Assembly: GCA_016840095.1 (NCBI GenBank)
Contig: JAEOSZ010000032.1
Coordinates: forward strand, 1 to 16,680
Direction of reading: 5' to 3'
DNA length: 16,680 nucleotides
Source: Candidatus Heimdallarchaeota archaeon
GTDB lineage: Archaea; Asgardarchaeota; Heimdallarchaeia; Heimdallarchaeales; Heimdallarchaeaceae
Both the position numbers and the translations under genes were made by a program. The notes below the pieces were generated by a model. The model did not search any database, was not told the DNA's origin, and saw nothing but the letters and a program-made list of their open reading frames with translations. Of this stretch, positions 1 to 6,523 are shown piece after piece; within the stretch, counting starts at the first letter, position 1; every line of letters begins with the position of its first letter.

Positions 1-106
1 AAATTTCAGAATTATCTGAAAGCTTAACCATTTTTCTCTCAGCTATTTTCTCATAATCAGCTTCCATTTTTGTGAGAAAGATTGAATCTTTTTCTTTCTT
101 TTTCAT
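1..106 (-). CDS. 5' part of a CDS running off the left edge (hypothetical; possibly another alpha/beta hydrolase)
   Basis: Not in the ORF track. ATG at 106 on the minus strand, 13 nt after the DegV stop, reads MKKKEKDSIFLTKMEADYEKIAERKMVKLSDNSEI and stays open to the window edge. RKMVKLSDNSEI resembles the N-terminal hairpins of the two nearby hydrolases (KTIVNLPNGAKL, QTITLSDGRTL). The product call is weak. Confidence 0.65.
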   Translation of the reverse strand, partial: MKKKEKDSIFLTKMEADYEKIAERKMVKLSDNSEI

Positions 107-119
107 TGCGAAAACCAGT

Positions 120-1010
120 TTAACTTCTTAGTTTGAATTCTTCATACCTTGGATAGAGAGTAACCATTACTGCACCTTTACCAATTGAGCAAACTACTGA
201 TGGTGGAATCGGCCAAACTGTTTCATCACCAATTTCCATTTGATTTCTAACAGCTTCGCTAAGATATGCAGCTTTATCCAAATCATTTGAATGTGTAATT
301 AACATATCATATTTGATTTCAGGTTTGGATACTTCCCTTAATTGCTTTAGTATTTTCTTTATAGAGCCTTTGAAACCTATACCTCCTCCAAAACCTATAA
401 CACCTTTATCCATAGGAATATCTGATATTGGTTTTAAATTTAGAAGCTTAGTAACAATAGTCATTTTAACATCCTTACGAACTTTCCCTGTTCTAAACAG
501 AATAGAAAAATCTGCTGAAACACCTATTGTATAAATATAGGGTTTGACATCATCATAAAACTTCAAAATGTCTTTAACACCCTTTCCTTCATCTATCATT
601 TTCATAGCATATAATATGAATACTGCTTGACTAGGTGCTGCATAATCTGTTGAATATAAGTGAACATTTATCTCATCTTTGATTCTTTTTTGAGCAGATC
701 TTGCAGAATTAACTTGATTGGAAATTTTGGTTGTCATAAATGGATAGATTATATCTGTAAAACCTTCTTTTATTGCTTGATCAAAAATAGCAGATGCATC
801 TGAAGGAGGAGCCAAACTTGTTGATGGTACAGGATTTATTAGATGAAAATTATTAGTAAAATCTAATGTATCTATCTCAGTTAAATCTTTCTTGTATTCT
901 CCTTCTATAGCGATTTGTACTTCGAAAGGGGCAATATTATGTTTTTCACAGAAATTTAGAGGTATTGTTGCAGTCGAATCAACCATTAATTTAATTTTCA
1001 CAAGACTCAA
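120..1010 (-). CDS. DegV/FakB family fatty-acid-binding protein (divergent)
   Basis: Typical DegV length and motifs: N-terminal KIKLMVDST, PSTS, KIS, LLNLKPI, ITH, and C-terminal SVVCSIGKGAV. The start is TTG 1010 or GTG 1001 (MKIKLMVDST). Confidence 0.85.
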   Translation of the reverse strand: MSLVKIKLMVDSTATIPLNFCEKHNIAPFEVQIAIEGEYKKDLTEIDTLDFTNNFHLINPVPSTSLAPPSDASAIFDQAIKEGFTDIIYPFMTTKISNQVNSARSAQKRIKDEINVHLYSTDYAAPSQAVFILYAMKMIDEGKGVKDILKFYDDVKPYIYTIGVSADFSILFRTGKVRKDVKMTIVTKLLNLKPISDIPMDKGVIGFGGGIGFKGSIKKILKQLREVSKPEIKYDMLITHSNDLDKAAYLSEAVRNQMEIGDETVWPIPPSVVCSIGKGAVMVTLYPRYEEFKLRS

Positions 1011-1030
1011 ATGTACCCATCTAACTCTTG

Positions 1031-1038
1031 CTTATAAA
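1031..1038 (-). promoter_or_regulatory. Archaeal-type TATA box (TTTATAAG) for the DegV gene
   Basis: Lies 20 nt upstream of TTG 1010 and 29 nt upstream of GTG 1001. Confidence 0.45.
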
Positions 1039-1118
1039 TATTCACTTATCAATCAGTTTGAAAACTGTTAATTCTAAGGTTTTGAGCCTTCTAATTGCAT
1101 AAAAATAGAAATAAATTC

Positions 1119-1991
1119 TTAGAAAGTATTATCTTCTACTTTTTTCATTTCTTCTAAGATTATCTTAGCAAAAGCTTCATTGTGTGTATCATTTTTGAAA
1201 GGAACAGGTCTATACTTTGCTCCAGGAATCATGCCAACCATTTCTTCTATTGATCCTGTATCATGTTCCGGATCATCTTGAGCTCCAACAATGAACACTG
1301 GAGATTTGATGTTTTTGACAGATTCCTTATTCATCTCATAGTCACACATTAACATCTCCAAATTTCTCATCCATTTCAGTTGGCTTTTTTGCAACATCCT
1401 ACCTAAAGTATGTATTCTACTTTTACCGGATTCTTTATCTCTTCTGAATTTTACTTTGTAAATTAAGTACACAATGGGTTTTACTATAGTTACAAACCAG
1501 TGAGGTAACAATCTTGCAGCTGTTTTTGCTTTAGTATTCTCTTTATAATACTTCTGTGGCGAGGAATGAACTGACAAAAATGGCTGTATATTATACTTGC
1601 TCATCGCTTCAAGTACTCCAACGGAAGCTATAGAAGAACCAGTGAACACGCATTCTTCAGGTTTTATTTGAAGTTCTTCTATTGCTTGAGCAAAATCTTC
1701 TCTTAAGGTATCAACGGTGTAAGCTATGTTGTTTGGTGGAAAAGAAGAAAACTCCTTCTCCCTTGATTCGATAAAAATGACATTATGATTCTTTCTTAGT
1801 AAAGGTATAGATTCTCTCCAAAGATAAATATACGAGATGTATCCTGAATAAAAAATAATATCTCGAGTCATCTCAGTTTTTTCATCTGCTTGCAAAGTTA
1901 GTACTCTTAATTTAGCTCCATTAGGTAAATTTACAATAGTTTTCTTTGTTTCATTTTCGAGAGCATATTCTTTCTTTGGACGTCTAACCAT
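1119..1991 (-). CDS. Alpha/beta fold hydrolase
   Basis: IIFYSGY oxyanion strand, W in YLWRE, FIESRE, YTVDTLREDFAQAIEEL helix, nucleophile elbow variant GSSIA, acid in PVFIVGAQDD, and His near the C-terminus (NDTH). Confidence 0.85.
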   Translation of the reverse strand: MVRRPKKEYALENETKKTIVNLPNGAKLRVLTLQADEKTEMTRDIIFYSGYISYIYLWRESIPLLRKNHNVIFIESREKEFSSFPPNNIAYTVDTLREDFAQAIEELQIKPEECVFTGSSIASVGVLEAMSKYNIQPFLSVHSSPQKYYKENTKAKTAARLLPHWFVTIVKPIVYLIYKVKFRRDKESGKSRIHTLGRMLQKSQLKWMRNLEMLMCDYEMNKESVKNIKSPVFIVGAQDDPEHDTGSIEEMVGMIPGAKYRPVPFKNDTHNEAFAKIILEEMKKVEDNTF

Positions 1992-2012
1992 AATTCTGAT
2001 TTTATCATAGGA

Positions 2013-2028
2013 TATAAAAAGTTTCTAT
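2013..2028 (-). promoter_or_regulatory. BRE/TATA-like promoter (GAAAC-TTTTTATA) for the 1119..1991 gene
   Basis: TTTATA ends 21 nt upstream of the ATG at 1991 and is preceded by a purine-rich BRE-like stretch, which fits a leaderless archaeal transcript. Confidence 0.5.
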
Positions 2029-2116
2029 TGAGATAAACAAGACTTAGAGCTTATGGATTGTATTTTCAAACTTTTGTAAGAATGAAACAAAAAAAGTTTA
2101 TTAACTGCCTTCCATA

Positions 2117-3037
2117 ATGAGCTTAGTGATTCAAATGGATAGGTTTTCTCAGACGATTACACTCAGTGATGGTAGAACTCTAGGATTTGCAGAGTATGGC
2201 AATCCTAATGGGAAACCTATTCTCTATTTTCATGGAAATCCAGGAACTAGAACTGAAGCAAAAGTTGCAGAATTGACTCTTGCTAACGAAGATGCTAGGA
2301 TCATATCAGTAGATAGACCAGGATTTGGTTTATCTGATTTTAAGAAAGATAGAACCATTTTAGATTGGCCAGATGATGTTGAAGAACTAGCTGATTCATT
2401 AGGTTTGAAAACATTTCCAATTCTAGCTGTTTGTGGAGGAGCTCCATATGCCTTAGCTTGTGCATATAAGATTCCTGAGAGATGTATTTCTGTAGGTATT
2501 ATAGCTGCAATGGGTCCCGTAAATAGACTTACTAGAAGATTAGATGGTGTTAGTAAAAGAATGGTTTTTGTTAATAAACGATTACCCCTTGTATTTAGGT
2601 TCTATTTTTGGTATAAGATGGCAAGGCATGCTAGGTCAAATGATGAAACAAGAATTAGAAAAAGGATGCTTATCCATGTTACTAAGAATTTTTCAAAACC
2701 TGATAGTAGATTATTGATAAAAAAACCAAAAATCATAGATGTTCTATGCGAAAGGATGCGAGATGTAGGGAGAATAAGTACAAAAGGAGCAGTTTTTGAT
2801 CGCAAACTAATTTTTCGTAACTGGGGCTTTAAACTAGAAGAATTATCAAAGAAAGTCAAAATATTCTTATGGCAAGGTTATTTTGATAAAACAGTTCCAA
2901 TTTCCATTGGTAGATATATGGCGAAAAAAATTCCCAACTGTATAGCTAAATTCTTTCCAGATGAGGGACATATATCGATTTGTGTTAACCAAATGAACTA
3001 TATTGCTAAAAGTTTAACTTCTGCATTAAGTGAATAA
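2117..3037 (+). CDS. Alpha/beta fold hydrolase (Abhydrolase_1-like) with Cys at the nucleophile position
   Basis: LSDGRTLGFAEYG, YFHGNPG, DRPGFGLSD, elbow AVCGG (family norm GxSGG), WQGYFDKTVP (Asp) and DEGH (His). The real start may be ATG 2135 (TTTATTAA at 2097-2104 and GTGAT just upstream). Confidence 0.92.
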   Translation: MSLVIQMDRFSQTITLSDGRTLGFAEYGNPNGKPILYFHGNPGTRTEAKVAELTLANEDARIISVDRPGFGLSDFKKDRTILDWPDDVEELADSLGLKTFPILAVCGGAPYALACAYKIPERCISVGIIAAMGPVNRLTRRLDGVSKRMVFVNKRLPLVFRFYFWYKMARHARSNDETRIRKRMLIHVTKNFSKPDSRLLIKKPKIIDVLCERMRDVGRISTKGAVFDRKLIFRNWGFKLEELSKKVKIFLWQGYFDKTVPISIGRYMAKKIPNCIAKFFPDEGHISICVNQMNYIAKSLTSALSE

Positions 3038-3106
3038 ACACTTCCTGAAGAATCCCTAGCTCAAAATTAATAATAGTATAGTAGGATATCATCTTGTTGA
3101 GATTAT

Positions 3107-4339
3107 ATGTTTGATAAAATTCTTCGCACAAATACATTTGAATTTGAACTTATCGAACGAGCTTCTGGTTCATGGATATATGATGTAAATGGCAAGAAGT
3201 ACCTAGACTGTGAATCTGGAATGTGGTGTACAAATCTGGGACACAATCATCCAACGATAGTAGAGACTATCAAAGAGCAGTCTTCAAAGATTATACATAG
3301 AAATAAAGGATTTTTGTGCCCCATTACAATTGAAGCAGCTGAAAAGTTATTAGATTTTATCACTGATAAGTTCGATAAGGTTACATTTCTGAACAGCGGA
3401 AGTGAAGCTGTTGAATTTGCAATAAACTTTGCAAAAAAGATTACAAAAAGAAAGAATGTTCTATCTTTAGAGAATTCATATCTTGGCGCTTTTGGCATAG
3501 CACGAGACCTATCATTTACTTCATCAGAAAATGAGGAGTTTAAACTAGAATTTCCTGTATGTGGGAGGAATGAATGTGAGAATCTAGATAGGTTTTTACA
3601 GAAAGCTTACAAAGTAATTGATAAGCATGCAGATGATATTGCCTGCTTTGTTCTAGAACCTATCATGGTTGGAGGAGGAGTTCTTAGACCTTGTTCGAAA
3701 TTTATTCAACCTATTTGTGACAAAATGAAGGAAATTGGTGCTTTAGTTATTATAGATGAAGTGACAACTGGTTTTGGGAGAACTGGTAAGAAATTTGGAT
3801 ATGAACTTTTTAAGATCACTCCTGATATACTCGCTCTTGGTAAAGCATTAGGTAATGGCTATCCAGTTAGTGCAGTTGTTACAAAATCTGATCTGGAAGC
3901 TAAACTAACTTCTTCAGAATTATATTATGCACAATCACACCAACTTGATCCTTTAGGGACAAGCATAGCTATGAAAGTTATCGAGGTGTTTGAATCAGAA
4001 GATATTTTAGAGAAACTTAAACCAAAAATTGTTGAACTATTTTCATTTCTGAAAACCTTGTCTCACCCATCAATAATCGATGCAAGATCGTTTGGTTTTA
4101 TTTTTGCAATAGAGTTCAAAGAATATGGAAATAATAAAACTAAGGAACTAATATTAAGAATTAAGGATTCTCTACTCCTTGAAGGAGTTATGATTGGGTT
4201 TAGCACAGCAAAAAATCTGATAAGGTTTCTACCTCCTTTGACCATTTCAGATGAAGAAATCAAATTCTTGAAACAGAAAATTACGAAAGTATTGGAGGAA
4301 ATAAAAAGTAGTGAATTGGATACTAATCCAATCCCTTAA
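3107..4339 (+). CDS. Class III PLP-dependent aminotransferase (2,2-dialkylglycine decarboxylase-like subfamily)
   Basis: GKKYLD..SG.W..NLGH, NSGSEAVE, LEPI, IIDEVTTGFGRTG, PDILALGKALGNGYP (PLP lysine), IRFLPPL. Confidence 0.93.
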   Translation: MFDKILRTNTFEFELIERASGSWIYDVNGKKYLDCESGMWCTNLGHNHPTIVETIKEQSSKIIHRNKGFLCPITIEAAEKLLDFITDKFDKVTFLNSGSEAVEFAINFAKKITKRKNVLSLENSYLGAFGIARDLSFTSSENEEFKLEFPVCGRNECENLDRFLQKAYKVIDKHADDIACFVLEPIMVGGGVLRPCSKFIQPICDKMKEIGALVIIDEVTTGFGRTGKKFGYELFKITPDILALGKALGNGYPVSAVVTKSDLEAKLTSSELYYAQSHQLDPLGTSIAMKVIEVFESEDILEKLKPKIVELFSFLKTLSHPSIIDARSFGFIFAIEFKEYGNNKTKELILRIKDSLLLEGVMIGFSTAKNLIRFLPPLTISDEEIKFLKQKITKVLEEIKSSELDTNPIP

Positions 4340-5321
4340 CTACATCTTCAGGAAGGTAAACATCAAATTCACAGATTGAATCTCCGTTTATAACTGTCTT
4401 AACTGTTTTAACTTCTATAGGTTGATCTAGAACGATCTGCCAATAATTCTTGTAATATCCACCACTACAATTACAGAAAGCATTTGGGATTTCGTCAACT
4501 GTTCCATCTTTGATTGATTCTTTTACCCAAGGACAATGACAATAATAATATGCTTTTAGCATTTCATCCTCTTCATTAAGATACTTAATTATTTCATGAG
4601 GAATTTTTGAAACTGTAAGTATGTTTCCTTTTCGTATACCACCTTCAATTCCAGGCTGATTTCTCACATAATCCAAAACACTTTTGTCTATTTCTTGAGT
4701 GAAAAAGAGTGTTCCTTCTTTCTCATGTTGTTCAAGCGATGCAATGAATCTTTTCCTTTTTTCAGCTAAAAACTCATCAATATTCTTCGAATTAAGAAAT
4801 CTTTCTCTATCAGGTTTCCTCCATTCGTAATATGGATCTCTCAAACCTTTAGCTAAGAATTCTACGCAAGTTTGTTCTCCAACTTTGTCATGAAATCTCG
4901 ATATCAATTTCTTAGTATATTCAGGTTTATCTTTAGGTTCAATACCTAATGGAGGTACATTGAGATCTTGGAAAATTTCATCTCTGAATTCCTGACTATA
5001 TTCATCTATTAATCGTTTAGAGAAGTTAACCATTACTTCACTTCCATCAAAAACTTCTCTCCCCAACTTAACCAGTTCATGATTGTTGATAAATTGTCCG
5101 AAAATAATAAAGACTTCATAAGTAAAGCCCGAATTTCGGTTTTCACCAATTAATACCTTTGAGAAATCGTAAAAATCTTCAGATTCAGCAGTTTCGAAAT
5201 TTCTATTTCTATCTAGTAAGAATTTTGAATAATCTTCAAGTAGTGTTATAGCTTCTTGAACTGCCTCAGGAGGATTTTCTTTATCAATTAATCTTTGCTT
5301 AAAACGTTCTAATATTTCCAT
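4323..5321 (-). CDS. Cys-rich DUF6144/V4R-like domain protein with an extra helical N-terminal domain
   Basis: C-terminal YCHCPW...FCNCSGGY...W...PIEV....TVINGDSICEF pattern. ATG 5321 is preferred over GTG 5330 because GTGAT sits as an RBS just upstream. Overlaps the 3' end of the aminotransferase by 17 bp. Confidence 0.65.
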   Translation of the reverse strand: MEILERFKQRLIDKENPPEAVQEAITLLEDYSKFLLDRNRNFETAESEDFYDFSKVLIGENRNSGFTYEVFIIFGQFINNHELVKLGREVFDGSEVMVNFSKRLIDEYSQEFRDEIFQDLNVPPLGIEPKDKPEYTKKLISRFHDKVGEQTCVEFLAKGLRDPYYEWRKPDRERFLNSKNIDEFLAEKRKRFIASLEQHEKEGTLFFTQEIDKSVLDYVRNQPGIEGGIRKGNILTVSKIPHEIIKYLNEEDEMLKAYYYCHCPWVKESIKDGTVDEIPNAFCNCSGGYYKNYWQIVLDQPIEVKTVKTVINGDSICEFDVYLPEDVVKGLD

Positions 5322-5521
5322 GTCTATCACAGGCTAGTTTAGTATTAAAACACTTAAAAGAAGTACGTATATAAAGATGAGAATTTTTCTGTAAGGTGAG
5401 TTTAAAGTTTTGGTCCTTCTACACATAATGAGTGAAAAGAGTTTTTCATTAAAGATAAAGTAAGAATTTATGAGTATGAAGCAACTTTCATTGAGAAAAG
5501 AATGGGATAAGTTAACACATC

Positions 5522-5530
5522 TTTTTATAA
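5522..5530 (+). promoter_or_regulatory. TATA box (TTTTTATAA) for the aldo/keto reductase gene
   Basis: Lies 24 nt upstream of ATG 5555, with no RBS in between. Confidence 0.5.
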
Positions 5531-5554
5531 TAATATATAATTTGTGTCAATATT

Positions 5555-6472
5555 ATGAGTGAAAATAGATCTAAAAAGTTAGGTAACCTAGGTGTGAATT
5601 TAAGTACTCTAGGATTAGGTGTAGAACATTTTGCTAAAGGTGTTGGTAAAGTAAAACATCTTACTAGAGATGAAAACAGTAAACTCATACTTGATGAAGC
5701 TTACAGATTAGGTATAACACACTTTGATTTAGTATTTGATCTACCTTATTTCTTCAAGGTTTTCAGAGATTTCAGCATTGATAAACGAGAGAAAATCACA
5801 TTTACAACTCATATTGGTAATGTCTTCAATGAAGCAAAAGGTAAACCTTACAAAATCAGAACTTTAGAAAAAATCAAAAACTCTTTTGATCAAAAATTGG
5901 AAACTCTAGAAACAGATTATACCGATATAGGACTGCTTCAATATGTAAAGAATGATGAAGACTATAACAAAGTTGTAAAAAATGGTCTAATTGAATACGT
6001 TGAAAATCTAAAAGAAACTGGTAGAGCTAAATCTATAGGAATAAGTTCTCATAATCCAATCTTTCTGAAAAAAATGATACAAAATCATGATTTTGATGTC
6101 ATTATGACTGTTATTAATTTTGCAACAGGTGTCAGAGAAACTACACTAGAGTTAATCGAAGAGTGTAAAAATAATAACATCTCTCTCATAGCAATAAAGA
6201 ATCTTCTCAAGGGTAAATTGTTCACAACAAAAAAAACTGAATTAGGTTACTATTACTCTGGTGGTAGCAAAATTGAGCTTAAATTAAATGAAGCTGCTAC
6301 ACCTGCACAATGTTTCAATTATGCTCTAGATTTGGGGGTTGATTCTGTAGTATTTGGTGTTCAAACAGTAGAGCAGCTTCAAGAAAACATTCAATCTTTC
6401 AAAAGAGAAGAAAAGGTAGATTATAGTCAACTTGTTGAGATTTTTGACCAGATAATCAATAACACTGTGTAG
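5555..6472 (+). CDS. Aldo/keto reductase family protein
   Basis: KLGNLGVNLSTLGLG, GITHFD, LETLETDYTD, LKETGRAKSIGISSH, IAIKNLLKG, SVVFGVQTVEQLQENI. Confidence 0.9.
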   Translation: MSENRSKKLGNLGVNLSTLGLGVEHFAKGVGKVKHLTRDENSKLILDEAYRLGITHFDLVFDLPYFFKVFRDFSIDKREKITFTTHIGNVFNEAKGKPYKIRTLEKIKNSFDQKLETLETDYTDIGLLQYVKNDEDYNKVVKNGLIEYVENLKETGRAKSIGISSHNPIFLKKMIQNHDFDVIMTVINFATGVRETTLELIEECKNNNISLIAIKNLLKGKLFTTKKTELGYYYSGGSKIELKLNEAATPAQCFNYALDLGVDSVVFGVQTVEQLQENIQSFKREEKVDYSQLVEIFDQIINNTV

Positions 6473-6523
6473 TGAAAAGTCACAGAAAAAAATAAAGGAC
6501 ATGAACGAGTTGATATTTCATAT

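Noticed and set aside
991-1020. Minus-strand micro-ORF MGTFESCEN* overlapping the DegV start, which matches the MGxxxS myristoylation consensus
   Set aside because: It is nine codons long, out of frame with DegV, and its ATG is only 10 nt from the TATA box, so it is probably upstream of the transcription start. Best explained as coincidence.
5060-5330. Integrase or mobile element suggested by the SAM-like N-terminal pattern
   Set aside because: No catalytic recombinase domain, att-like repeats, terminal inverted repeats or transposase nearby.
6470-6475. TAG/TGA as possible pyrrolysine or selenocysteine recoding
   Set aside because: Two consecutive different stops, no catalytic context, no SECIS-like hairpin or pyl/sel genes seen, and other genes in the window use TAG as a normal stop.
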